This document shows, piece by piece, positions 35,181 through 49,482 of a stretch of DNA of 64,000 nt. How positions within the stretch are numbered: the first letter of the stretch is position 1; each line of letters opens with the position of its first letter. Position numbers and translations under genes: made by a program. The notes under the pieces are model-generated. The model ran no database searches, had not been told where the DNA came from, and worked only from the letters and a program-made list of their open reading frames with translations. Source of the DNA: Octopus vulgaris (lineage: Eukaryota); the NCBI GenBank assembly GCA_951406725.2, contig OX597820.1:81778001-81842000 (forward strand). The letters are read 5' to 3'.

Positions 35181-36229
35181 TCTTTATATATATATATATA
35201 AAACTGAGAATGTGTGTCTGTGTGTCTGTCTGTCTGTCTGTGTGTTTCCCTAAAACTTGAGAACTACACAACTAATTTCATTCAAATTTTACACATGCCT
35301 TACTTAGGGTCCATGTAGTTTCATGGGCAAAAAATGTTCAACTTCTTGCCTAGAGCGAGCCCATAGCAAAATCATATCTTCTCCACTATTTCAGTATTAC
35401 GTGTTAAAAGTGAAACAAAAACATTTCTCTATTTTATGTCAGATAATTTCAATTTAACAATAAAAATGATAATAACAATTGAATTATATGTAGTAAGTAA
35501 TAATTAAAATCAAACTAAAGTATAATATAATCGTAACATAACAAAAGTAAAAATAGCAATTGGTATAAAATTGCATCAATGACTTGAACTTGAATAAGTG
35601 CTTTCACATGAATGGGAATAAATTAAAATAAAATTAGCATGCAGAAATGGAATAGTCCAGATGGATAATAAAAAATTAAATTAAAGAAAAGACTATTGTC
35701 TATAAAGTATACAATGTAGAGAAAAAAGAATACTTGAACACATGGAGGAAAGCACCTTCGAAAAGTGTCTTGGTGCGACTATGAAAGATATCTAATCAGA
35801 GGCGGTAAATTCGCCACAATAGAAGCAAGGTTCGAGTCAACAGAGCGTGCAAGGGAGTACTCGACTCGATCTTGCAAAGTGGAAATATTTTATTTTTACC
35901 TTTATATCTGGGACGTAGAACGTCCTGGAAAAAAAATTTTTAATGCCTCCCCCCCCAGACGTAGAGGTAGGCTGGATTGTAGCCACACTTCTATACAAGA
36001 GGGAGGACAAGATACAATTGATCGAAATTACAAGAGACGGGCTAACAATTCCAGTCTGTTATATATTTTGAGTATTGTTATCACTAGCGATATCAAGATA
36101 TAACTTTGTATTTTGTATTTTATGTGTAGATGTATATATATAGATGCACATGTAATATGTACACACATATATACACATATATACATGCACTAGCACTATG
36201 ATCCGGCAACGACGGGTCTTTAATGCTAG
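35181..36229 (+). mobile_element. Non-autonomous Helitron-like element
   Basis: 5' TC after A, TATATAAAA then (GTCT)n, 3' hairpin GATCCG-GCAACGA-CGGGTC and terminal CTAG followed by T. Confidence 0.7.
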
Positions 36230-36249
36230 TATATATATATATTATTTTT

Positions 36250-38057
36250 TTTATAATTATGTTTTATACTTTTCAATATTTTTTATATACTTTTCCCTTT
36301 TTGTGTATATTTTTTTGTATGAATACTTGTAAGAAAAAAATCTTTTACTATTTAAGCAACCAGTAAAACATACATTCTTCACTTTGAAAACGGCTATCAG
36401 AGTTCTCGGACGTGTTTTTGCTACTGCTGTTGAATTCTTTGCACCGTTGTTGAATTGTTTTTGTGGAACTCTTCTTTCGTTTTTCGAGAAGGTGTTGTGG
36501 ATGCGTGTAGCAGTCGTTTGCTGACTAATGAAAAACTGTGGAAGTTTAAGCTGATCGGAGTACACTTCTTCGGAAGAGAAACTCGTGAGATCGTGGATGC
36601 TGGGGAAAAGAAGGAGAAGGGAAACACATGGAATTTTGCAGGAGCGACGAAACCACAAATAGGAGAAATCAACTTAAATGACATTGGTACGTATAAAGAA
36701 ATTTTAACGAGGGCGGGACAAAATGTTAGTTGTCCTCCCCTACCAACTCACCCAGGAAAATTGCAGTATGAACATAAAAAGTCATCTATTATAGACCTTA
36801 CTCTGTAAAAGAGAGGAAAATCTGTATAACGGAGGTTGTCCTGATTGAAAAGGCACTGCAACCAATATGGAAGGAGGTGACATACCTCAACAAGGCACGT
36901 AAATTTGGAACCATGGAGGTGCACTTCCGAGATGCAGCCACCGCCAGACTGCACTCTGCGACACCAATGAAAACGGAAAAGTGGGGGCTTCTACTCGTTT
37001 ACCTTGGAAAACGTGTTTCTAGGGTAAGGATAAATGATATTCCCCCGGAAATTGATGTAGCTTGGGTGGTGGACGCAATCCTGCTAGGAGTAGAGAATAA
37101 AATCACTGTCCTACAAGCAACGTATACGCCGTGCAAAAATTGGTAAGGGCCAAGCCTGGAGATATTGATTCAGGCTTTCCAAGAACCCCTAGAATTACTT
37201 ATTGAAACTGTTTCCATAGATGACTTTATATTAAGGGTGAAAGTGGAAGGTAGGGTCCCACATTGCTACAAATGTGTCCAAAAGGGCCACATTAGGTAAA
37301 ACTGTCCCCCACCACCACCTGCAGAGAATCTCAAAAGCTCGGAAGCTGCACCTCCGCTGCCAACAGAAGTCAACAAGAAGGTTGAAGTAGGAACAACAAG
37401 TGAAGAATGGAAAACAGTAGGAAAAAGGTAAAAGCGTAGAAGAAACCAAAAAGTAAACGAAGAGACAGGCCCCCACCCAAACCCTCTTTACCCCACCCTC
37501 TCCCTGCACTCACCGATCCGCTTCCTTCTCCACCTGACGATAAAGAAACTCACACACACATCCACGAACCCCAAACTGCTCCGACCCTGGAAACAAATAA
37601 TAATACGTTTTATTTTATTCAATAAGGAAAACAAGGAACTGAGAAACGAATTGGATAAATGGAGTGATGTGAAGTGGGTTAACACTTTTTACTGTGACCT
37701 TCTTCCAAGGTCTTGGACATGTATCATACTAACCCCACGCATATGGGGCAGCTACAAGATTACACGGATGATATAAGATGGGCCATGTGAAACTGGATGT
37801 AACTGAATTTCCGTCATACGTAAGTCATGCCAAATTGTATCACTACGGAATAGACGTTGAAAATTTGTTTTAGAGAAGAGATATTCTTTAGAAAAGAAAA
37901 AATTGTAAAATTGAAAAGTTAAATCGAACGTGGGGTCGATTGGCGACGTTCTACCTTTCATTGTTATGACATTTATTCATATTACATTATCTGATTATTT
38001 ATTGTTAATATTTTTATTATTATTATATGTATGACTTTTGCTTTACATTTGTACAAG

Positions 38058-38135
<78 letters not shown>

Positions 38136-38215
38136 TACTCATCGTCATCCGATTATTTCTCCACATTCATTGTGTTGTCCTCTCTATGTTGGCCCCTTAT
38201 GGGCAATAAAGAAAA
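36250..38215 (+). mobile_element. ORF1-only Tx1/L1-like retroelement (gag-like zinc knuckle), degraded
   Basis: ORF1 remnants KFGTMEVHF..YLGKRVSRVRINDIPPEI and CYKCVQKGHIRxNCP (CCHC); ends with AATAAAGAAA tail; no RT seen. Confidence 0.65.
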
Positions 38216-38383
38216 GAGTTTGAAAACAGTTACGAGAAACTTGAAACTCATATCAGAGTAACTCACTGTAAACATTATTATTACGATTAAAATAAAAATT
38301 ATCCCCTCGAAAAGCCATCGCTACTCATTCTTCCAAAAGTATAATACTGTACCAAGATCTTTCTCTTTATTATTCTACTATAT

Positions 38384-38472
<89 letters not shown>

Positions 38473-38519
38473 TATATACATATGCATGTGTGTGTACAGG
38501 TATATTTTGATTTAAGTAC

Positions 38520-39040
38520 ACTAGGAAGAAAAAAACGAAACAGGTCAAGAGGGAGAAGAGAAGAAAGATGTACATAAAAGATAGAAAAGAGTGAAAGAAA
38601 GAGAGAACGAAGGTAAGAAGGAGCGATAAAATGGTTTTTAATAATGCTGTTTGTGGCTTGGAGAAGAATGCAGGAGGGAAAAGATAGAAGGAAGGATGTA
38701 AGTAGGTGTAGAAATGCGGTAGATGTGGCGACGGAGGCGGCGGTGTTGGTGGTGGTGGTGTTGGTGGTGGTGGTGGTGTTGGTGTTGGTGTTGGTGGTGG
38801 TGGTGGTGTTGGTGGTGGTGGTGGTGGTGGTGGTGGTACGTACGTATGTGAAATGGAGGACGGGGCAGTAGGTGAGATGGAGGAACATAGTTGAGTAGAG
38901 AAATAAGATTTAGTGAGTTGGAAGAGGAATGTGAAGACTGTTTAAGAAGCATGGTACCGTATGTAGTGGAGGGAGAAGGCGGGTTGAAGTTGGAGGAGGA
39001 GGAGGAGGAGGAGCAGGAAAAGAAGAGGAAGAAGAACAAT
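38520..39040 (-). mobile_element. Penelope-like tail relic with (CAC)n tract
   Basis: Minus strand TTAAAAACCATTTTATCGCTC...TTCTATCTTT resembles 12015-12140. Confidence 0.4.
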
Positions 39041-39626
39041 CATAATAACTAAGATGTTGCTCACAGTGCATAACGCACAAAACCCTAAAAGTAATATCGA
39101 CAGGCTCTACTTACCAAGAAGGGAAGAAGGCAGAGATTTGTTAAATGCAGAAGACGCTATTATTGCTGCAGCTTTGAGTCTCGGAAAACTATGTTGTCAA
39201 TAGAGAGGAAAGAATATTATCTACGGCTAGAAATATCGAAGAAATTAGCGAAATAGTGAGAAAAAAAAAATCAAGAACAAAAACTGGAACGGCTGTATAA
39301 ACAGCTAGAAAGACAAAGGACTCTGTGGTCAATTCATGAAACAACTATTGATGTTGGAAATGAAGAACACTGCTTGTGGCTGACAGATGAAAACCTGAAA
39401 CGAGAAAATAAATCATTGAGTATAGCTGCTCAGGAACAAACCACTCGAACGAGTCAAACAGAGACAAACATTGATAAAACACACACTGACCACTTTTTTG
39501 CTTTTCTGTCTTTAAAAAGCATTTTCTCTATCTGTCTTCATCTCCGGTCACTTCAGTCATGTAACTACACTCGTGCTTTTCTTGGACTTTTTTTCATTCT
39601 TTCCGGATTTTTCTTCTCCATTCTTT

Positions 39627-39653
39627 CTGACGAAGAGCCATGCTCGAAATGTC
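39627..39653 (+). ncRNA. Minimal hammerhead-like motif in a Penelope tail (39485-39745)
   Basis: CTGACGA-A-GAGC-CAT-GCTC-GAAA-TGTC; P1 poorly paired. Confidence 0.5.
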
Positions 39654-39740
39654 ACATCGCCCTTTTTTCCGTCTTAAAATGAGCGTCAACTTAATTGTGT
39701 ACGTTCTTTTGACTGTTGTTTGCTTTTATTTTCGATTTGC

Positions 39741-39789
<49 letters not shown>

Positions 39790-39795
<6 letters not shown>

Positions 39796-40005
39796 TATTT
39801 GTGTTTGTCCTTCCACCACCGCTAGACAACCGGTGTTGGTGTGTTTATATCCTCGTAACGTAGTGTTTCGGTAATAAAGTCCGATAGAATAAGTACCAGA
39901 CTTAACAAAAAGTAAGTACTGGGAACGATTCATTTGAATAAAAATTCTGCATGGTGCGCCCCAGCATGGCCGCAGACTAACTACTGAAGCAAGTAAAAGG
40001 TAAGA
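39790..40005 (+). mobile_element. CORE-type SINE 3' half
   Basis: GACAACCGGTGTTGGTGTGTTTA...CCAGCATGGCCGCAG. Confidence 0.8.
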
Positions 40006-40865
40006 GTTAAAAAATATAAGCGCCGGCATTGGGTTGTTAGATAAATATGTGGTTCCGAAATTATGGGAAATCGGTATGAATACGACTAAGAGAATGTGAT
40101 AGTAAATGATAAATAGCGGATTTTATAGGATTTCTCCATAGAGATTACTTATGCTATTGAAACAAGGAAACAAGTTATGATCATGAACAGGCCAAAAAAA
40201 TCTAAACTAATCTAAAGGTAACATATAAATGAGTAATTTCATTAACACCCTACAAAATCAGCACTCCTGTTTACTGGTTTGAACATCATCCTGAGTCAGT
40301 CATTGAAGATAAAAATGTCGCTATCCTTTGAAATTTTCCAGTCAGCACCGACAGAACGCTTCAGGTTAATCAATCAGACATAAATATTAAAGACAGGGAA
40401 GAAAGTACTTGTAGTCTAATAGATGTAAGTGTTCGCACTGATAAAACTATATCTGTAATGGAATTTGACAAATTAAGTAAATATAAGAGCCTGGAAAATT
40501 AAATAAGATGTGGCATCTTAAAGCAAGAACTGTTAATGTTATTGTAAGTGCCCTGGGTATGTTAAAAAACAGGATGTGAGAAACATTTGGACGACATCCC
40601 AGGAGAACCGTGATTCAGAGAAATCCAAAAGATCGTGCTGACAAGTACTGCCCACATCCTTAGAAAATTTCTATCAGTTTACATGTCTGTGTTGTATTAC
40701 ATGAAGATATTTCACTACTGCCCCTGTCACATCTGCTCCCCCTGTTTTCAGTCATGTTGTAACATCTCCCTTTGACGCTGGGTGTGTCTCGGCAAATGAT
40801 TGCAACAAACATGTAGATTAAAAGTAAATAACAAAAACAGCAACGACACAATAATAATAATAATG

Positions 40866-41483
<618 letters not shown>

Positions 41484-41505
41484 TGCATTACTCTGTCACT
41501 CAATG

Positions 41506-42092
<587 letters not shown>

Positions 42093-42126
42093 AATAATAA
42101 TAATAATAATAATGATAATAATAATA

Positions 42127-42357
42127 GAAGCTGTACAGAGGCAATATTCAGACAAATGCATAACAAAAACACCAGGACTTACAAACACATATAACATACA
42201 GAAAATTGCACTACTGGGCACTGCACACATCCTACGCAGAAGACTTTCAATACAGTAACCATCAGAGCATCACAACAAATTACAGCACATACCCAAAGGA
42301 CACAGAGCTGCGCTCGGTAGTGAAGTGAAAGCACGCTATAAAAATAAAACTACTGAA
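42127..42357 (+). mobile_element. R4/Dong-like 3' end (same family as 62521-63470)
   Basis: IQKIALLGTAHILR and a 3' UTR nearly identical to the minus-strand copy at 62521. Confidence 0.85.
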
Positions 42358-42386
42358 TAATAATAATAATAATAGTAATAATAATG

Positions 42387-43252
<866 letters not shown>

Positions 43253-43253
<1 letters not shown>

Positions 43254-43691
43254 GCTCAATACCACAGATTTGCTTGTCAGTTGTTTGACCGTAACCGGTT
43301 GAGCATGTCCCTTGGTGGCTGACAATATGTGCATCTCTGATCACGAGCAGAAGTAGTGGGGGAGCATCATAGCCATGTGTTGAGAGGGGTTCTTTGGGAT
43401 TTGGATAATTCACCTCGGAAACATGGGTGGTTCGTTCAACATCCTTAAACAATCCTTATTCAGGGACCTTTTGAGTGGGATGGGCTACTCGACCAGAAGA
43501 AAATTCTAACTGGGCCCCACCTGCAAGGTCATGCACTGTTTATCTTGATATGAGATCACCATGTCGCACACATATGATTGTGATGCATGTGCCTGGTGTA
43601 CCCTTATCAGACAGGTAGTCGTGATGGGTATACTGGGCTTTGTATATTTTACCCCAGTGTCACTTTGTTGGCATGCACGGCTCTCTGACTC

Positions 43692-43692
<1 letters not shown>
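43253..43692 (+). mobile_element. (AAT)n-inserted non-coding element, 5'-truncated
   Basis: Colinear with the other copies. Confidence 0.8.
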
Positions 43693-43740
<48 letters not shown>

Positions 43741-43742
<2 letters not shown>

Positions 43743-44535
43743 CTTAAAAGACCAGGAAGCATCATGGAGATGGCGTAGCAAGGATGACCTGAAAAGGAAG
43801 ACAGAATGCCTAATCATCGCTGCCAAGGATCAGGCATTGAATACCAACTCAGTGAAAAGGTATACATCACACAAGTGCAGCGAACATCTGCAGAATGTGT
43901 GGGAAGAGGGTCGAAAGCGTGACTCACATTGTTAGTGTTTGTGAAAGTTTCGTGCAGAAAGAGTACAAGCGCAGACACGACAAGTTAAACCAAAACCTTC
44001 ACTGGTTATTATGCAGGAAGTATGGCTACGAGGTAATAGGTACTTGGTACCAACATACACCGGAAAAGATAATGAACGAGAAGGGGAAGACAAAAATCCT
44101 CTGGGACTTTGATTTCTAGACAGACAAGGTGTTAGAGCACCGAAGGCCTGATATAGTAATCTTTAGGAGGGACAAACAAGAATGCTTAATAATCGACGTA
44201 GCACGGCTAGGAGATCAGCGTTTTATCATGAAAGGACAAAGTTTGGTAATTATGGAGATCTGAGAATTGAGATCGCTAAGATGTGGGAGGTACAAGAATC
44301 AAACATAAAGTTTGTCCCTGTAGTCATCGGAGCCTTGGTTTCCATACGACCCAACATGAAAAAACATCAGGAAACTACAATCTAGGTGTTTTGCAAAAAT
44401 CGGCATTGCTTGGAAATGCACGCATATTGCGTGTCTAAGTTCCTTCTTGTAATTTGATAGACTGTACAAATCACCGGTAGACACAATATATTCAACCAAC
44501 AATATCACGATATTGGATACAGTGCAACGTCGTAA
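43741..44535 (+). mobile_element. R4/Dong-like 3' fragment (CCHC + RLE)
   Basis: CRMCGKRVESVTHIVSVC, KEYKRRHD, KILWDF, RRPDIV. Confidence 0.85.
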
Positions 44536-44554
44536 ATAATAATAGTAGTAAGGA

Positions 44555-45400
44555 AACTTCATTAAGTATTTTATTAAGAGTAACAGTTGGAGATAGGGAA
44601 ATCAAAAAAGCAAAGATAGTTAAAAACCAGAAAAAAGAAGCAACATTACCTTATTGGCAAGAGAAGGCTTTGCATGGTAGATTTCCAAAAAGTAATAATA
44701 AGGCATGTTTTAGCTGCAGAAAGGAAGGCTAAAAAGGGAGACAGAAAGTTTGTTAGTAGCAGCACAAGATCAGGCATTGAGGATTAAGTGTATAAAAGCC
44801 AAGATACACAAAAATCGGGTAGATTCCGAATGAAGGTTATATAAATCAAAAGAAGAAAGTGTAACTCATATAGTTGGTGAATGTGGTGTGCTGCCTCAGA
44901 AAGATTACAAATTAAAATTAAACTATACTGATAAGTGGTATGATCATGAAGCTAGTAAAGTGCTCTAAAGTAAGAAATATGAGATATTGTGGAATTTTAA
45001 CATTCAGACTGACAAATAGAAGTTATAAGGCCTTGTAGTAGTAGAGAAAAAGAATAGAATGTGCCAGGAAATTGACTTTGCAGTCCCAAATGATGAGAAA
45101 GTCAATATGAGAGGTATAGAGAAAATAGCAAAATACTAGGAATAGCTATTGAGCTAAAAAGGCTATGAAGTGTGGATAAAATATATTCCTCTAGTTAAAG
45201 TGTATTAAGAAGTATGCCTAAAGATCTGAAGAGATGGATAGAGGAAATAGGCATTAAACCTACTTTAGGGCCGCTCCAGAAAACAGTATTATTAGGAGTA
45301 GCTAGGATATTTAGGGAGGTTCTTGGCATCTAAGGTTACTTCTTGTAGCTTGATGTTAGGGACTTTTTCCAACAGTGTAATATGTTGTGTGAAAATGAAA
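44555..45400 (+). mobile_element. Degraded R4/Dong-like 3' fragment
   Basis: WQEKALHGRF, LVAAQDQAL, ESVTHIVGEC, IDFAVP, LQKTVLLGVARI. Confidence 0.8.
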
Positions 45401-45410
45401 TAATAGTAAT

Positions 45411-45570
45411 AATCCTTTCTACTATAGGGAGAAAGCCTGAGAATTTCTGAAAAGGGGGCTCGTCGATTACATCAACCCCATTGTTCAGCTGGTACTTATT
45501 TTATCGACCCTTGAAAGGATGAAAAGCAGCGTCAACCCCAGCGGCATTTGAACTCAGAATGTAAAGACGG
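45411..45570 (-). mobile_element. Meta-like SINE
   Basis: GTCGATTACATCAACCCC...TTATCGACCC.TGAAAGGATGAAA...GGCATTTGAACTCAGAA. Confidence 0.8.
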
Positions 45571-46340
45571 ACCCGAAAGGATGAAAACAAATAGTCAGGA
45601 TGCCTACGCGCGCGCACACACACACACACACACATGCGCACAAAAATTTTTTTGTAACTTTGTCGTAAAAATTCTTGGGTTCTGTGATGTGCTGAATTTT
45701 GTTGAAACATGTGTGAGATTTCACTGCATATTTCCTCTTAGGGCTTAATAACTGTCTCCAGGCCCTAAACTTAACCGGTAGCATTAATTCGAAGACCCTG
45801 TAGAATGATGTGAGTTAGCATGACGCGAACATCGTTACTCAACACTTCTAAAACCACAATAATTGCTGGAAATTAGCACACCTTACTCTGGGACATTAGA
45901 AAGATCTGCACAGAACTATCTGTCATTTCTCGGTTAGACATATGGTTATTCGAAATTTAACTCATTAGAGAAGCACCAAAGCTTGTCATGTTTGCTAGGG
46001 GTTTTCTTTCGACTTTTTAGTGTCTTCGTAGTCATAAATTAGCCTCTCCTATGTGCGACTGGTATCAATTGTCCTTATGCACCCCAGCTGTAATAGTCCA
46101 AGTTCAGTCACACAGTTGAAGTTCTTTGGCGATGCCTTCATTAATTTGCAGGATCAACATTGATAATAATTTGAGCCCTTTGGATGAATTACAGTATTAC
46201 AGTATCCTTGTTGTCTCCTAACTAAATGGATTCGCTGCACTAAGTTCGCATATGTATATATATATTCCTGAGCGTTTTACTAATAAATCTGTTTGTTTTG
46301 TACACCACCTGACTTCGTCTTTTGTTTTTTCGTAAACTCT

Positions 46341-46397
<57 letters not shown>

Positions 46398-46403
<6 letters not shown>

Positions 46404-46610
46404 TAATCCAAACAAGAAAGCACAAAAAAACACAACAATGCGAGGACGTGGAACAAATATAGTATTATTGGACGCTCAGGAAAGAAGGAAAGAAGGAGAG
46501 TTTAACGTTTCGAGCGGAGCTCTTCGTCGGAAACATAAGAGAAGGAAAGATCCAGAGAAGGGAAGACAGAGGAAAAAATCGCTAACGGTACACACGCGGT
46601 CACATTTTGA
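46398..46610 (-). mobile_element. Penelope-like tail (same family as 12060-12276), opposite another tail at 46265-46345 across (TA)n
   Basis: Reverse complement matches 12140-12275 closely. Confidence 0.75.
46500..46534 (-). ncRNA. Minimal hammerhead-like motif with paired P1
   Basis: GTTT-CCGACGA-A-GAGC-TCC-GCTC-GAA-ACGT-T-AAAC. Confidence 0.6.
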
Positions 46611-46919
46611 ATGTATGTATGTATGTATGTATGTATGTATCTATGTATATATATACTATGAGTATAGCCTTTGTTTTATACAACTTCAAATTAGATGTAG
46701 AAAGATTTTTTCTCCGTGTCTCAGTAGCAGAAGCGATAGAAATAATTATTTTAGCTAACGTAAAATAGACACTTTCGATACTAGTAAAATTATTAAAAAA
46801 TACTTTTGCACAATCGGAGTGCTTTTTTGCTGCCTATAAGTTTAATTTATATAAAAAGTAGTAGTAGATACGTGTTTTCCCCAAAGATCAGCGTTTTAAG
46901 CTTTCTACTTTATACGCCA

Positions 46920-47560
46920 CAAAACAATAGTACCAAAGACATGATAGTACCAAAACGTAAAGAAATAATATATTTCGGATACTTAGGCGATTTACTAGTT
47001 GTAATGTATACACTTAAGGTAGTTGAGAGACTAAAGGAAGATTTAGAAAACAACTCTGTACTAAAATTTGACATCCAAAATAGTACAACTGAGACATACA
47101 GATCGAAATAACAGATATATTAGGTCATTATACACCAAATACTCAAGCAAATGCATATACCTACACAGAGACAGTGAATGCCCATAAGATATCAGAGGGT
47201 AAATCACTCCTTAGAAGAGCATTTTTATTCTCGTCCACACACTGTGCACTCGAGAAAAGAGAAAGAAAATACATACCAAGCACTTGCAACATGGAACATA
47301 AGATTACTCCGCATACCACAAAAGAAAATTAGCTGGGAAAATACCAGAGAAAACTACTTAAATACTTTATAAAATTCCAGTCCCAACTTGTAAATTAGGT
47401 ATGAAACCATCCTCATAATGCACAACGATGCTAAAATTAAACATCAAATACACACATTAAAAAATTAACATATGGCTATTGAAATAGAAATATAAACCTA
47501 ACAGTTAAAACTTGACCGCTACAAATAAATCAACACATGGCGGCAGCTGCATGGTGGGAA
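46920..47560 (+). pseudogene. Highly degraded Penelope-like RT C-terminus
   Basis: LKEDLENNSVLKF and YLHRDSECP resemble PLE RT motifs. Confidence 0.45.
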
Positions 47561-47863
47561 CGATAAAAACCAACCTTTGGTAGAAAAGTCTACACAAATT
47601 CATTCAGTATATAAAAGAACAATGTAGACAACAAATATATTCTTTCTCGAAAATGAGATTATGAACATCTGGAAGCGTCGGATATGAATTTAGGAACTTT
47701 ATTGTTTCAAACCAATATAAATAGAAGATATGAAAAACCTAAAATAGAAATATAAAACTTGAACATAGTCGCAATATTTATTAAAACTCACACATAAGTA
47801 TGCGCGCGCACACACATACACACACATACACACACACACATACTTTCACACACACGTATATAT

Positions 47864-48014
47864 AGGCGCAGCGTGGCTGTGTGTTAAGAAGCATGCATCC
47901 CAACCACATGTTTCCGGGTTCAGCCCTCTTGGGCAACTGTCTTCTACTATAGCCCGTGTCGAACAAAACCTTGTGAGTGAATTTGGTTGATAGAAACTGA
48001 AAGAAGCCAGTCGT
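47864..48014 (+). mobile_element. CORE-type SINE 5' half
   Basis: GGCGCAGCGTGGCTGTGTGTTAAG...CCGGGTTCAG...GAAACTGAAAGAAGCC. Confidence 0.85.
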
Positions 48015-48044
48015 ATATATACATATATACAGTTATGTGTATAC

Positions 48045-48600
48045 AGTGTTCTTCAAATAACATGTCATGTCTCACTTCGTTGAAGGCCTTTGTGTAATCT
48101 ATGAAACACATGAAGACTTTTTGCATCTCCATCTCCCGCTCCGTTATCATTTTCAATGCGAAAATAGGATTCCAATTTCAGGTGTTATTCTACCTCTTTC
48201 CGCAGAAGTAAAATTCTCAGATAATTCTTTGTAGCGTGACTCAAGAGAGTAATCGGGCGATGTTTTCCGCAGTCTACCACTCCTGATTTCTTCGGAAGTG
48301 TAATAAAGATGGATTTACTCAGCTCTTCTGGAAACTTCCCATCATCACAGATCTTGTTAAAAACATCTGTCAGTTTTCTAACTCTATATGCCTCTAATAC
48401 TTTTATCATTTTAATGACAATTCCGTCTGACCTAGCAGCTTTATTTTTATTCATCATTTTGATGACTCCATGTACTTCAGATAGAAAGATCTTTGGAGCC
48501 TCATGAGAGTCAGGAAACTTGGGCAAAGTTGTTCTCACATCATGAAATCAATCTACTATACACTCTGTCCATCTATTCAAAATGTCAATCTGCTCCAATA
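48045..48600 (-). pseudogene. RTE-clade (BovB-like) RT fragment
   Basis: KAARSDGIVIKMIK, SIFITLPKK, HRPITLLSHATK, CFIDYTKAFNEVRH. Confidence 0.85.
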
Positions 48601-48651
48601 AGAACTAATATGTATTAAAAACGAACGCGCACAACTTTATCATACATATTT

Positions 48652-48701
<50 letters not shown>

Positions 48702-49098
48702 TCATAACGGTTTTTTTAAATACGAAAATTACCAATATTACCAAAACGCACACATGTGAGTCTATCAAGAATCGACCAACTCGTCTGAATATAACTCCTT
48801 TCTGGAAATACTCAATTAACCAGTTTCAATATGAAATTTTTAATTTAATTTAATTTGATTTAATTTCTCTGATTGAATTAATTGAACATGGAAACGGCTG
48901 TAAGGATAAGAATTTCCTATTATATTGTCTTGAATATCTTTGAATAAACTGATGTCTGTATGTCAACTTCCCCATTTTCTTTTTCTCATTCATGAATATT
49001 TTAAATACCAATATACATCAATGTAAAACTAACGAATTTAGTTTTGCACTGAACACTGGTATAGACCGGAGAACTTGGCTGCAAACAGGACCTTGGCA

Positions 49099-49160
<62 letters not shown>

Positions 49161-49284
49161 GTCCAGGTGATGTCGATTTGATGGGGCATTGACCTTATGT
49201 GAATACAAATATTTGATCACTATAAACAAACCGACTGTGTGGTTGTTCAGCTGTAATTTCTCGCTGAACAACCACACAATTTGT

Positions 49285-49482
49285 TTACACTGATCAGATG
49301 TTTGTGTTCACATAAGTTCACACCCTCCATCAAATTAACATTACCTGTACAGGTGCACGACGTACCATATGTAAAATAATGATATGTTCGCAGAGCAACG
49401 TGAAGTGAAGTGTCTTGTCCAAGAGTACAAGGTAACGCCCGATCTTGAAAACGTTAGTGCAACACCCTAACTACTAAGCCAA
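49285..49482 (-). mobile_element. Degenerate tRNA-derived SINE (fourth family)
   Basis: Minus strand GGCTTAGTAGTTAGGGTGTTGCAC...CTTGGACAAGACACTTCACTTCACGTTGCTC. Confidence 0.55.

Larger units (their letters stand above)
39060..40830 (+). pseudogene. Degraded R4/Dong-like 3' fragment interrupted by a Penelope tail and a SINE
   Basis: DRLYLPRREEGR, IAAQEQ, LIDVSV, KLSKYK, QKIVLTSTAHILR; ends at (AAT)n. Confidence 0.8.

Noticed and set aside
48864-48906. Hammerhead remnant CTGATTGA...GAAACGGCTGTA, and a lone CTGATGAA at ~32663-32670 (minus)
   Set aside because: Core insertion or missing P2/GAAA; at most decayed remnants, so not called as ribozymes.
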